Part shown: positions 24,314 to 34,352 of the stretch, one piece after another | Position numbering within the stretch: the stretch's first letter is position 1 | Layout of the letters: every line of letters begins with the position of its first letter | Origin: Dehalococcoidia bacterium | Lineage (GTDB): Bacteria; Chloroflexota; Dehalococcoidia; GIF9; UBA5629 | Direction of reading: 5' to 3' | Length of the DNA stretch: 64,000 nucleotides | Assembly: GCA_050011565.1 (NCBI GenBank) | Contig: JBEKIW010000001.1 | Coordinates: forward strand, 192,001-256,000 | Notes under the pieces: generated by a model | The model's database searches: none | The model's input: only the letters and a program-made list of their open reading frames with translations | What the model was told of the DNA's origin: nothing | Program-made: the position numbers and the translations under genes

Positions 24314-24796
24314 ATGAAAAATATAAAAAGCATCCGCACAGGCTTTATAGTTTTTATATCGGTCGGTTTGGTGATTAGTTCGTCTGCATGTTTAAACAAA
24401 CCAACAGGTACACCGCCACCGGGAGGGCAGATAATAGTGAAGCAATCCGGTGGCGCCGGGATGCTGATAAAAGAATGCACCGACAAGTCCTATATAACCC
24501 AGACAGCCGATTACATAATCGAGGGAACGGTTGAAAAAGTAGACAGCATGTGGAACGAGGGGAGAGCCGGTATCTTCACTTATACAGACTTGAGAATTGA
24601 AAATTACGTAAAAGGGGCTCCGTTTGCCGGAAATGAGCTTCAAATCGTTACCCCTGGCGGAACGGTTGGAGAAGTTAGTCAGTGGGTGGAAGACCAGCCG
24701 ATTTTCCATGAGGGGAAGAAGGTAAGGATATATTTCCAAGAGGTTAGCGGAGAGTACGTTATAGTCTGCGGCCAGTTTGGCGTTGAGGAAAGATAA
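24314..24796 (+). CDS. Hypothetical lipoprotein
   Basis: AAGGGG RBS, lipobox SSAC, ADYIIEGTV..IFTY..PGGTVG OB/TIMP-like pattern. Confidence 0.6.
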   Translation: MKNIKSIRTGFIVFISVGLVISSSACLNKPTGTPPPGGQIIVKQSGGAGMLIKECTDKSYITQTADYIIEGTVEKVDSMWNEGRAGIFTYTDLRIENYVKGAPFAGNELQIVTPGGTVGEVSQWVEDQPIFHEGKKVRIYFQEVSGEYVIVCGQFGVEER

Positions 24797-24844
24797 TTTT
24801 TCGGGAGCGCCACTACCTGATAGAAGACTGAAGAGGAATTTGTC

Positions 24845-25222
24845 ATGATTAATGCAATATTGCTGTATGTGGGTGCTGGTCTCATAACGCTGTGGGGCAT
24901 AGCCCATATTATCCCCACTAAGTCGGTGGTTAACGGTTTCGGGCAAATATCTAAAGACAACAGGCGAATAATAACAATGGAGTGGATTGCCGAAGGTCTG
25001 ACGCTGTGTTTCATCGGGTTGCTTGTATTGCTGGTCACCATTTTTGCAGGGCCTCAGAATAGCGTTTCAAAGATAGTCTACTTGACGTCGGCGGCGATGC
25101 TTGTGGTCATGGCGGTATTAACCGCGTCGACCGGAGCCAGAACATCGATTTTGCCGATAAAGATTTGTCCGGCGGTAAAGATAGCTGTAGCCATATTGTT
25201 TATCCTGGGGACTATGTTGTGA
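24845..25222 (+). CDS. Hypothetical 4-TM membrane protein
   Basis: GAGG RBS, four hydrophobic segments, WGIAH..PT..MEW..EG. Confidence 0.6.
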   Translation: MINAILLYVGAGLITLWGIAHIIPTKSVVNGFGQISKDNRRIITMEWIAEGLTLCFIGLLVLLVTIFAGPQNSVSKIVYLTSAAMLVVMAVLTASTGARTSILPIKICPAVKIAVAILFILGTML

Positions 25223-25686
25223 ATGAGAAGAAAAATACAGAGGCTGAACTAACTGCCTACTGCGGTTTGTATTGCGGTGATTGCCTTCGCTACCGGAGTA
25301 AAGTCACGCAATTGGCAGCGGACTTAATGAGTGAGCTGCAAGTGGTACGATTCAATAAGTATGCCGAAGTGAAAAGTGCTGCTGTTAAAGAGCTGGAGAG
25401 CTATGACGAATGCCTTCAGGTTTTAGGTGCAATAGTTAAATTGGGGTGTGACACTCCGTGCAGAGCTGGTGGCGACGGATGTTCAGAACCTTGTGAAATT
25501 AAGAGATGTGTTAAGTTAAAAAACCTCGAAGGTTGTTGGGAGTGTGATGTGCTTGAAAGATGTGATAAGTTTGAATTTTTCAAGCCAATACATGGTGATA
25601 CGACCAAGGGAAATTTGAGAAAAATTAAAGAATACGGTCTAAATGGATGGGTAGAACACAGGGAGAAGTTCTACTCGTGGTTATAA
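25219..25686 (+). CDS. DUF3795 family Cys-rich protein
   Basis: AYCGLYCGDC..CDTPCR..C..CEIKRC..GCWEC; GTG start overlaps the upstream stop. Confidence 0.8.
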   Translation: MNEKKNTEAELTAYCGLYCGDCLRYRSKVTQLAADLMSELQVVRFNKYAEVKSAAVKELESYDECLQVLGAIVKLGCDTPCRAGGDGCSEPCEIKRCVKLKNLEGCWECDVLERCDKFEFFKPIHGDTTKGNLRKIKEYGLNGWVEHREKFYSWL

Positions 25687-25766
25687 TGGCTTACTCGGGG
25701 TGGCGAACAACAATTGCTTCATTCATTTGAGATGGTACCGTCTAGTTTTGAAAGGTAGGTGATGAT

Positions 25767-26267
25767 TTGAAGTTAAAAGGCAAAGTCCATAAGTATGGCG
25801 CTAACCTGGATACCGATGCCATTATTCCGGCAAGATATCTCAATCTATCTGAGGCTGAGGAATTGGCTCAACATTGCATGGAAGACATAGATCCTGAATT
25901 CCTGACCAGGGTTAAACCTGGAGATATAATTGTGGCTGACACCAATTTTGGTTGCGGCTCATCGCGGGAACACGCCCCGTTAGCTATCAAAGCCGCGGGC
26001 GTGTCCTGTATTATTGCTAAAAGCTTCGCCCGTATTTTTTTCCGCAATTCTATCAATATTGGATTACCTCTCCTGGAATGTATCGAAGCCGTTGACGGGA
26101 CCGAAGCCGGAGATATTCTTGAGGTCGACCTGGCTACGGGGAAAATAGTTAATGTTACTCGGGGCAAGACTTTTGTTGCCGAACCTTATCCAGATTTCAT
26201 GATGGGAATCATAAATGCCGGCGGGCTTATAGGATATACCAAGAAGAAACTATCGGGAGGATTGTAA
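25767..26267 (+). CDS. leuD: 3-isopropylmalate dehydratase small subunit
   Basis: [31 protein letters not shown]. Confidence 0.94.
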   Translation: MKLKGKVHKYGANLDTDAIIPARYLNLSEAEELAQHCMEDIDPEFLTRVKPGDIIVADTNFGCGSSREHAPLAIKAAGVSCIIAKSFARIFFRNSINIGLPLLECIEAVDGTEAGDILEVDLATGKIVNVTRGKTFVAEPYPDFMMGIINAGGLIGYTKKKLSGGL

Positions 26268-26269
26268 AG

Positions 26270-27373
26270 GTGCAGTTCAATATAGCGGCATTGTTAGGCG
26301 ATGGCGTCGGTCCTGAAGTGGCTAATGAAGCCATAAGAGTCCTGGAGGCTGTGGGTAAAAAGTTAGGTCACAGCTTTCAATTTCAGCATGGTCTGGTGGG
26401 TGGAGCATCGATAGATGTCCACGGCGTTGCCCTGACTGAAGAAACTTTGAAGATGTGCCGGGATAGCGATGCTGTATTGCTCGGGGCTGTCGGTGGGCCG
26501 AAGTGGGATGACCCAAAGGCTAAGGTGCGACCCGAAGACGGGCTTCTGGCTTTACGCCAGGAACTGGCGCTTTTTGCCAACTTGCGGCCGATAAAAGTCC
26601 TGCCTATGCTGGTAAATTCGACAAGTCTCAAGCCAGAAATCATAAAGGATGTCGACCTTATGGTAGTTCGAGAGCTCACCGGCGGTCTTTACTTCGGGCA
26701 GCCCAAGAAACAGTGGCAGACGGCTGAAGGCAGACGGGCTGTTGATACTATGGCCTATTCAGAAAGTGAGATTGAGCGCATTGTCAGAGTCGGCTTCGAG
26801 ATAGCGCTGACTCGCCGCAAGAAGCTGACCTCAGTGGATAAGGCTAATGTTCTCGAGTCGTCCAGGTTGTGGCGGCAGGTGGCAACCGAGGTCGCTGCTG
26901 ATTATCCAGGCGTGGAGCTGGAGCATATGCTGGTGGATGCCTGTTCTATGCGTCTTATCCAGCGGCCGGCTCAATTTGATGTCGTGGTTACGGAGAACAC
27001 ATTCGGAGATATTCTAACCGATGAAGCCTCAATGCTGGCAGGTTCCATGGGGATGCTGCCATCCGCCAGTTTGGCGGGCATTCCTGAGGGGGGCGCCTCG
27101 AAAGCTTTCGGCTTATATGAGCCGATTCACGGCAGTGCGCCAAGTCGAGCCGGACAAAATATAGCCAATCCCATCGCCACAATTTTAAGTGGCGCCATGA
27201 TGCTCCGCTATTCGTTTGCCCTGGCGTCTGAAGCTGAAGCCATCGAGAGGGCGGTAATAGCTGTCTTAGAAGAAGGTTATCGAACGTATGATATAATGGA
27301 CGAACGTAAAACCAAGGTGGGCACGAAGGAGATGGGCGGACTAATTGCTGAGAGGATAACCAGGAATCAATAA
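26270..27373 (+). CDS. leuB: 3-isopropylmalate dehydrogenase
   Basis: [41 protein letters not shown]. Confidence 0.96.
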   Translation: MQFNIAALLGDGVGPEVANEAIRVLEAVGKKLGHSFQFQHGLVGGASIDVHGVALTEETLKMCRDSDAVLLGAVGGPKWDDPKAKVRPEDGLLALRQELALFANLRPIKVLPMLVNSTSLKPEIIKDVDLMVVRELTGGLYFGQPKKQWQTAEGRRAVDTMAYSESEIERIVRVGFEIALTRRKKLTSVDKANVLESSRLWRQVATEVAADYPGVELEHMLVDACSMRLIQRPAQFDVVVTENTFGDILTDEASMLAGSMGMLPSASLAGIPEGGASKAFGLYEPIHGSAPSRAGQNIANPIATILSGAMMLRYSFALASEAEAIERAVIAVLEEGYRTYDIMDERKTKVGTKEMGGLIAERITRNQ

Positions 27374-28974
27374 TGCCAGTTCAGCTTTACGATACAACTT
27401 TAAGAGATGGAGCTCAGCAGGAGGGCGTTTCCTTCTCTGTCGCCGATAAGCTCAAGATTACACAGAAGCTCGATGACTTGGGCGTTCATTTTATTGAAGG
27501 TGGCTGGCCGGGAGCCAATCCCAAGGATACGGAGTTCTTTATTAAAGCTAAGGGCTTAAAGTTGAAGAATTCGATACTGGTTGCCTTTGGCAGTACCAGA
27601 CACCCTGATTCAACGGTAGGCAAAGACGCCGGCTTGCAGGCATTGGTGGACGCTGGGACAAAGGTGGTTACTGTAGTCGGCAAGGCTTGGGATTTGCATG
27701 TGACCAAGGTGCTGGAAACCAATTTGGATAATAATCTGCGCATCATCGCTGAATCTGTTGACTTTCTCAGGTCAAAAGGACTTACTGTATTCTTCGATGC
27801 CGAGCATTTTTTTGACGGCTATAAAGCGAATCCCGAATATGCAATAGAGGTGGTTAAAACTGGGGCGCAGGCTGGAGCTGATTGTGTAGTCCTTTGTGAT
27901 ACCAACGGTGGCGCCCTACCTTCTGAAATATCCATGGCCGTGAAGGCTGTTCAGAAAAGCGTATCCGTGCCGCTCGGCATTCACGTGCACAATGACGGAG
28001 AGATGGCCGTAGCTAATTCCCTGACTGCGGTCCAGGCTGGAGTCATTCAGGTGCAGGGGACTATTAACGGTTATGGCGAGCGTTGTGGCAATGCCAACCT
28101 ATGTTCCATTATCCCGGACCTGAAACTCAAACTGGGTATTGACTGTATCGCGGATGAGCGACTGGTTAAGCTAACCGAAGTTTCTCATTACGTGGCTGAA
28201 TTAGCCAACCTGGCTCCATCAAGCCACCTTCCCTACGTAGGCACCAGTGCCTTTGCCCACAAGGGAGGACTGCACGTATCGGGCATAATGAAGTGGGAAG
28301 ACAGCTATCAGCATATCGACCCGTCGCTGGTAGGAAATCAACCCAATGTAGTTGTGTCCGAGTTGTCGGGAAAGGGCAACATTGTTTATAAGGCGAAGGA
28401 ACTGGGTATCACTCTATCATCGAAGAGCAAACAGACGCGCCAGATATTGCAGCAAATTAAGCTGTTGGAAAGCCGCGGCTTTCAATATGAAGGCGCTGAT
28501 GCCTCCTTTGAACTATTATTGCATCGCGCTCAGGCGGAATATAAGTCTCCTTTTGAACTTATTGATTTTATGGTGGTAGTGGAGAGGCACCGCCGCCCAT
28601 CTCGCGAAAATGAATCGGAACTGCTTTCGGAAGCAACGGTCAAGGTGAAAGTCGGCGATAGGATAATGCATACTGCTGCCGAGGGCAACGGTCCGGTGAA
28701 TGCTCTTGACCGGGCTTTACGTAAGGCTTTGATTGAGTTTTACCCTGATTTGACTGTTGTTGAGCTGATGGACTACAAGGTCCGGATCTTGGAAGAAAGT
28801 GCCGGTACCGGTTCCCAGGTGCGGGTGCTGATTGAGTCGGGCGACGGCAAGAAGCAATGGAGAACTGTCGGCAGCTCGACTAATATCATAGAGGCCAGTT
28901 GGCTGGCTCTGGCTGATAGCATGGAATACTGGTTGCTTAAGCGGAATAAAAACAGGCAACGCAAGTCAAAATAA
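27373..28974 (+). CDS. cimA: Citramalate synthase
   Basis: DTTLRDGAQ, EGGWPGANPKD, FDAEHFFDG, GYGERCGNAN, AFAHKGGLH, SWLALADS. Confidence 0.92.
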   Translation: MPVQLYDTTLRDGAQQEGVSFSVADKLKITQKLDDLGVHFIEGGWPGANPKDTEFFIKAKGLKLKNSILVAFGSTRHPDSTVGKDAGLQALVDAGTKVVTVVGKAWDLHVTKVLETNLDNNLRIIAESVDFLRSKGLTVFFDAEHFFDGYKANPEYAIEVVKTGAQAGADCVVLCDTNGGALPSEISMAVKAVQKSVSVPLGIHVHNDGEMAVANSLTAVQAGVIQVQGTINGYGERCGNANLCSIIPDLKLKLGIDCIADERLVKLTEVSHYVAELANLAPSSHLPYVGTSAFAHKGGLHVSGIMKWEDSYQHIDPSLVGNQPNVVVSELSGKGNIVYKAKELGITLSSKSKQTRQILQQIKLLESRGFQYEGADASFELLLHRAQAEYKSPFELIDFMVVVERHRRPSRENESELLSEATVKVKVGDRIMHTAAEGNGPVNALDRALRKALIEFYPDLTVVELMDYKVRILEESAGTGSQVRVLIESGDGKKQWRTVGSSTNIIEASWLALADSMEYWLLKRNKNRQRKSK

Positions 28975-29047
28975 TATTCGCTATTGCGTTGCCTGCTACT
29001 AAGTCACGACTCTATATTCAATTAAATCCGAAAGCTTAAAGGCTTTA

Positions 29048-30265
29048 CTACTTTTCCTTCTTGATAATTATAGCCACGCCTTGCCCGCCACCGATGCAGG
29101 CGTTAGCCAGACCGTAAGTACCACCTTCCATGTTAAGTATTCTGGCCAATGAGCCGGTCAGTCTGGTCCCGGAGGCGCCCAGCGGATGGCCGATTGCAGT
29201 AGCGCCACCTTTTATGTTGACTTTGTCAGGGTCGATACCCAGCTGTTGTATGGCATAAAGGGCTACTATACAGAACGCTTCGTTAATCTCCCAGAAGTTA
29301 ATGTCCTTCACATCCAGGCCGGCATGCTTTAGCGCCATTTTGCTGGCTGGGACAGGACCTTTTCCCATAATAGATGGCTCTACGCCAGCCCATCCCATAG
29401 AGACGATGGTGGCTAGAGGCTTAAGTTTGTACTCTTTTGCCTTTTCTTTCGACATTAGCAGCATTGCTGAGGCGCCAGCGTTTAGAGGCGAAGAGTTCCC
29501 GGCGGTTATCTGTCCATCCGGTCTGAATGCCGGCTTCAACGCCGCCAGGCCTTCCATAGTGGTGTCTGCTCTTATGCTCAAATCGCAATCAATGACCTGC
29601 TTGGTACCGTCGGCCAGTGTTACCTCGATAGGCATTATTTCGCCTTTGAAAAATCCCTCTTTAAGAGCTTTGGCTGCCAACTGGTGACTTCTGAGCGCCC
29701 ATTTATCCATATCCTCTCTGGTAAGGCCTGATTCCAAAAACAGTGTTTCTGCAGTAAGGCCCATGTTCATGGCGGTTAAGAACTCGTATTTCTTAAAGCG
29801 TTCGTCTGTTACAAAGCGAGTATCCGGTTGTCTCAATATAGCCCTGGGGTCTCCCTCGGCCATAGCCATGGGGATATGTGTCATGTGTTCCATCCCACAC
29901 GAAATGGCGACATCGGAATATCCCAGCATTATCTCCATAGCCGCCTCATGTATGGTTGACATTGATGACCCGCACTGTCTGTCGATTTGTTCAGCCGGTA
30001 CAGTCACCGGCAATTCAGCGTGAAATACCACATTTCTGCCCCCGTATGTCCACTGCTCACCCACGGGAAAGGCGGTGCCGACCACTACGTCATTGATATC
30101 CTTGGGATCTACTTTGGTTCTCTTAAGAATTTCCTTAATAAGCATCCCGGCAACTTCGTCCATTCTCAGGCTGTTGAGCATGTCCTTCTCGGGTTCTCGC
30201 GGCCTAGACCTCGAAAATCCAGACCTCAGATAGTCTACTATTACGGCTTCTCTAGTTTGTGGCAT
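29048..30265 (-). CDS. Acetyl-CoA C-acyltransferase (thiolase)
   Basis: RQCGSS, EINEAF, GHPLGASG, CIGGGQG. Confidence 0.93.
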   Translation of the reverse strand: MPQTREAVIVDYLRSGFSRSRPREPEKDMLNSLRMDEVAGMLIKEILKRTKVDPKDINDVVVGTAFPVGEQWTYGGRNVVFHAELPVTVPAEQIDRQCGSSMSTIHEAAMEIMLGYSDVAISCGMEHMTHIPMAMAEGDPRAILRQPDTRFVTDERFKKYEFLTAMNMGLTAETLFLESGLTREDMDKWALRSHQLAAKALKEGFFKGEIMPIEVTLADGTKQVIDCDLSIRADTTMEGLAALKPAFRPDGQITAGNSSPLNAGASAMLLMSKEKAKEYKLKPLATIVSMGWAGVEPSIMGKGPVPASKMALKHAGLDVKDINFWEINEAFCIVALYAIQQLGIDPDKVNIKGGATAIGHPLGASGTRLTGSLARILNMEGGTYGLANACIGGGQGVAIIIKKEK

Positions 30266-30341
30266 TTTTAATCCTCCTTGGTTAGTGTGTTCATTGTACT
30301 ATATTCCAACTAACGTGGCAATCGATTTTGTGCTTAGGCAA

Positions 30342-30962
30342 TTATACTGGTTTGCCCATTGGTATTATGTATAATGGCTTGATTTGTTCCTCGAGATCCA
30401 GGACTTTCCTTACTTCTTCATCGTCGAAGGCGCCGACCATTACCGTACCCAAGCCAAGTGCCACGGCCTGCAGTGAGACATTTTGGCCGACATGGCCGAC
30501 TTCCATGTGGACATATCTCTCGCCACGCCTGCCATATCTGTAGGCGGTCCTGGGATGAATGGCGCAGATGATCATATCCACCGGGCACCTGGCAATAGAG
30601 CTTTGGCCCAGTGCCGTATCAGCCAGTTCCTGCCTAAAGTCGCCAATCTGATGCAAGCCAAGAGAATGATTGCCCACATCATAATGATATATGCCGGCGA
30701 CCAGACCTTGTACGCCATGTTCGCCGATAACAACAAAAATCTCTAATGGATAGGTAGCTCCGGCGCTTGGGGCAGCTCTTCTGCCGCCAGTGCCCGTAGT
30801 GCCCTGGGCGGACCATAATAGCTGGGAGAGCTGCCCCAGAGTTAACGGCTCAGCTTGAAACCTTCTAACTGACCTTCTCTTTGAGATGGCTTGTTCCAGC
30901 GATAGCTTCCCGCGCGGGATTGGGGAAGGGAGGTTAATCGGAGTTTCCGTTGTCCCAACCAC
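30342..30962 (-). CDS. SagB/ThcOx-type nitroreductase-fold protein
   Basis: RRSVRRF, LSQLLWSAQG, APSAGATYPLE, EVGHVGQN. Confidence 0.88.
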   Translation of the reverse strand: MVGTTETPINLPSPIPRGKLSLEQAISKRRSVRRFQAEPLTLGQLSQLLWSAQGTTGTGGRRAAPSAGATYPLEIFVVIGEHGVQGLVAGIYHYDVGNHSLGLHQIGDFRQELADTALGQSSIARCPVDMIICAIHPRTAYRYGRRGERYVHMEVGHVGQNVSLQAVALGLGTVMVGAFDDEEVRKVLDLEEQIKPLYIIPMGKPV

Positions 30963-32419
30963 TAGCCTTTTATAACTCCCATGGGGCTTGCCATCGCCAC
31001 TTTTTTTGAAATTCCGGCCCGGTGTGTTACCTCGACTACCTGGGTAACATCTTTATAAGCTTGTGATGCTTCTTCAGCCAGTGAAGCCATGCTATTGGTT
31101 TTAACAATAATGCCTTTAGCTCTCAGTTCATCAGCCACGTCGATACCTCGCAAGCTGCGCCTGGCGGCACCGCGGCTCTGCATTCTGCCGGCTCCATGGC
31201 AAGTGGAACCGAAGGTTTCCGCCATGGCTCTCTCGGTGCCTACGGCGATATATGAGCAGCGTCCCATGTCGCCGGGAATGAGCACCGGTTGTCCCACTTC
31301 TTTGTAGCGAACCGGTATATCCTTGTGTCCGGCAGGGAAAGCTCTGGTCGCGCCCTTGCGATGGACACATACTGTAATCTTCTTGCCATCTACTAGATGC
31401 TCTTCTATTTTGGCGATGTTGTGAGCCACGTCATAAATTTGCCGCATACCCAACTGTTCAAGGCTCTTGCCGAAGACCTTAATGAATGACTCCCGTGCCC
31501 AGTGCGTAATGCACTGGCGGTTAGCCCAGGCATAGTTGGCAGCACAAGCCATTGCCGCCAGATAGTCCTTTCCTTCCTTCGACTCTAGCGGAGCGCAGGC
31601 CAGTTGCCTATCAGGTAGACTGATACCATATCTTGTAACTGCCTCCTCCATTATTCTCAGATAGTCGTCGCACACCTGATGTCCCAGACCTCTTGAGCCG
31701 GTATGTATGAGCAACAGCACCTGTCCCATCCGCTCGATACCCATGGTCTTAGCGGCAATTTCATCGTAGATTTCCCTTACTACCTGAACTTCCAGGAAGT
31801 GGTTTCCTGAGCCTAAAGTTCCTGATTGAGGCGCTCCTCTTTTCTTAGCTCTGGCACTTACCTTCTCCGGGTTGGCCCCTTTCATGCGGCCTGTTTCCTC
31901 CGTGGCCTCCAGGTCTTCGGACAGACCGAAACCACGTTTTACTGCCCAATGAGCTCCGTCGGAAAGCACCTCGTTAATTTCCTTTTCACCCACCCTTATT
32001 TTGCCTTCTGAGCCCAGGCCGGAGGGAACTTCATGGAACAGTGTATTGACGAGCTCTTGTATCTTAGGTTTTACTTCGTTTTCAGTAAGATTAGTACGTA
32101 GAAGTCTAACGCCGCAGTTTATGTCGTAGCCGACGCCACCGGGTGATATGACACCGTCGCTTACTCGCATAGCTGCCACACCGCCTATCGGAAAACCGTA
32201 ACCCCAGTGAATATCGGGCATAGCCATCGAGCGGCTGACTATGCCAGGCAGGAAAGCGACATTAGCCACCTGTTCCAGAGACTGCTCTTCTTTGATAGAC
32301 GCCAGCATCGCCGCGTCGGCGTAGACCAAGCCCGGAACCCGCATTCCCGGTTTATAGCTCTGGGGAATCTCCCAGCGATAGTCGTCTATTTTATTAAGCT
32401 GTCCTGTCCATTTTGGCAT
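30962..32419 (-). CDS. rtcB: RNA-splicing ligase RtcB
   Basis: MPDIHWGYGFPIGG, DINCG, GSGNHFLE, HTGSRG, YDVAHN, HRKGAT, HGAGR. Confidence 0.96.
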   Translation of the reverse strand: MPKWTGQLNKIDDYRWEIPQSYKPGMRVPGLVYADAAMLASIKEEQSLEQVANVAFLPGIVSRSMAMPDIHWGYGFPIGGVAAMRVSDGVISPGGVGYDINCGVRLLRTNLTENEVKPKIQELVNTLFHEVPSGLGSEGKIRVGEKEINEVLSDGAHWAVKRGFGLSEDLEATEETGRMKGANPEKVSARAKKRGAPQSGTLGSGNHFLEVQVVREIYDEIAAKTMGIERMGQVLLLIHTGSRGLGHQVCDDYLRIMEEAVTRYGISLPDRQLACAPLESKEGKDYLAAMACAANYAWANRQCITHWARESFIKVFGKSLEQLGMRQIYDVAHNIAKIEEHLVDGKKITVCVHRKGATRAFPAGHKDIPVRYKEVGQPVLIPGDMGRCSYIAVGTERAMAETFGSTCHGAGRMQSRGAARRSLRGIDVADELRAKGIIVKTNSMASLAEEASQAYKDVTQVVEVTHRAGISKKVAMASPMGVIKG

Positions 32420-32429
32420 ACTTCTATCT

Positions 32430-32873
32430 CTAGATATCGAAAATTATCTGAACTTTGTAGCTGCCGTCCTCTTTGTTCAGCCGCAACATGTGATAGGTAG
32501 CAGCCTTAATTTCTCTTTTCAGCCTGTGTTGTCCGGGCTTAATCTTTTCGCCGAAGCACGTGGCTTTGAGCTGAGTATTGCTGAGCTCGTTAATCTCAAA
32601 CCTCTTGAAGATGATATGTTCGACCTCGGAAATATATATAAGCTCATTTAGCCATTCTACCAGCAAAACCTCGACATCTTCAGCCGACAGCTCTATATCG
32701 CGCTTGACATCTTCCTTGAGATTATCCAGGTCTGCCATCAGGTTGAAAAGTCCGAGGGCGGCATTGGCAAAGACCTGCTTGATGTCGGCGCCATAGACAA
32801 CGATGCCGATATCTGCAGTATGGTTGATGATTTCGAAAGGCTTCACTGTACTCACACCGTCCGGAGATTTCAT
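32430..32873 (-). CDS. Archease
   Basis: HTADI, WLNELIY, EIKAATYH, terminal FDI; directly upstream of rtcB. Confidence 0.93.
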   Translation of the reverse strand: MKSPDGVSTVKPFEIINHTADIGIVVYGADIKQVFANAALGLFNLMADLDNLKEDVKRDIELSAEDVEVLLVEWLNELIYISEVEHIIFKRFEINELSNTQLKATCFGEKIKPGQHRLKREIKAATYHMLRLNKEDGSYKVQIIFDI

Positions 32874-32950
32874 TATATCACTTCGGGAATGTGGCTAGAA
32901 ATCAATGAGCTTGACTGGAATTGTTTGCGGATGCTAACATGAGCCCGCTT

Positions 32951-33023
32951 GGGCCGCTAGCTCAATAGGTAGAGCAGCTGACTCTTAATCAGCAGGTTCA
33001 GGGTTCGAGCCCCTGGCGGCTCA
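32951..33023 (+). tRNA. tRNA-Lys (CTT), CCA not encoded
   Basis: GGGCCGCTAGCTCAATAGGTAGAGCAGCTGACTCTTAATCAGCAGGTTCAGGGTTCGAGCCCCTGGCGGCTCA cloverleaf. Confidence 0.93.
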
Positions 33024-33064
33024 CTTTCTGATACCGCCTACCTGGATTCACCCGCCTGATTCTA

Positions 33065-34057
33065 TTACTTAATCGGATGTTCCTTGAAAAATTGCCATAT
33101 CACTTCGCTGGCATCGAAATCTCTGGACGTCCGGCCGATTATAGACTCAGGTAGATACTGTAGTCCGCCCGGCCAGGTATGTCCGCCGCCTTCTACTGCA
33201 TAAAGAACGACTTCAGCGCCGTCTTGACAGCCTCCATAGATTTCCGTCCTCACTCTGGTGCGGTCAGACGGGTCTTTATCCGGCAGTTGTGTAACAAGCG
33301 GTAACGAAGGGCATTTGTCGTTAGTGACCCAGAACTTTACTGTATCCTCTACCGAAAGGACCTGGCCTAATTCGAGCGATCCAAAATGGACATCGCCGCC
33401 TGCCCAGGGCACCAGCGGGTCGTCTGTCCCGTTAATTATAAGAACCGGCACTGGTCTCGATGGCGCCCATATCGATGCCATGTTTACCGGTATGTTTCCC
33501 GCAACGGGAGCAATAGCTGCTATCTTTTGAGATAATTCACAGCCAAGCCGGTGCGACATCATAGCTCCGTTTGATATGCCGGTTACATAAATCCTTCTGG
33601 CATCGATGTTGAGTTCATCCGAAATACGGTCTATCAGAGAGGAAATAAAGCCAACGTCATCGACGTTTTGAATCTGGGCACGGTATTGCTGTACACCCCT
33701 GCCGTCGTTCCAGTGGTTTTCGAAGCCGTCGGGGTAAACAATGATGAAGTTTTCTCTGTCTGCAATAGCGTTGAAGTTGGTAAGCGCAGTCATACCTTGG
33801 CCGGTACCTCCGCCGCCATGCAGGACAATTAGCAGGGGTGTCGGTCTGGTCTTGTCATAGGAACTGCCAACGTGAACGTTATAGGTACGCTGCAATCCTC
33901 CGCTAAAGATAGATGATGAATAATCATATTCTGCAGGATTTGAGTCACCCGTTGGGCTGAGATTATGGCTGCCCCGGAACGTACAATCAAAATTCAGCAG
34001 GCCGAGCAGCAGTACCAGGAATAAAAGTACTGAGAGGAATAATCGTTTAGTATTCAT
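33065..34057 (-). CDS. Secreted PHB-depolymerase/LpqC-type esterase
   Basis: LHGGGG, WNDG, DDVGF, GISNG, GTDDPLVP, GGGHTWPG; signal peptide starting MNTKR. Confidence 0.88.
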   Translation of the reverse strand: MNTKRLFLSVLLFLVLLLGLLNFDCTFRGSHNLSPTGDSNPAEYDYSSSIFSGGLQRTYNVHVGSSYDKTRPTPLLIVLHGGGGTGQGMTALTNFNAIADRENFIIVYPDGFENHWNDGRGVQQYRAQIQNVDDVGFISSLIDRISDELNIDARRIYVTGISNGAMMSHRLGCELSQKIAAIAPVAGNIPVNMASIWAPSRPVPVLIINGTDDPLVPWAGGDVHFGSLELGQVLSVEDTVKFWVTNDKCPSLPLVTQLPDKDPSDRTRVRTEIYGGCQDGAEVVLYAVEGGGHTWPGGLQYLPESIIGRTSRDFDASEVIWQFFKEHPIK

Positions 34058-34352
34058 GGCGCCCCCGATAGCTATTCTCTTATTTGTCGCCTTCACCGGG
34101 TTGTGTGTTGCATAAGCATTATACCTCACTACGTCAATATGCGTTTTAGCATATTTATTATAGCAGTCTTATACGATATTGTACTGGTATAAACACGGGT
34201 GTATACTTAGCCGAGTACCAAGCTTTCTACTTTTACTTCATTCAAAGGGGGTGGGAACTATGCCAATTTGAAGTGGTTGTCTTCGTTTACCCGATAGTAA
34301 CTATTGCTTCTATATAATTTACACAAATCTAAGTCCAATTTAGGAGATAGAA

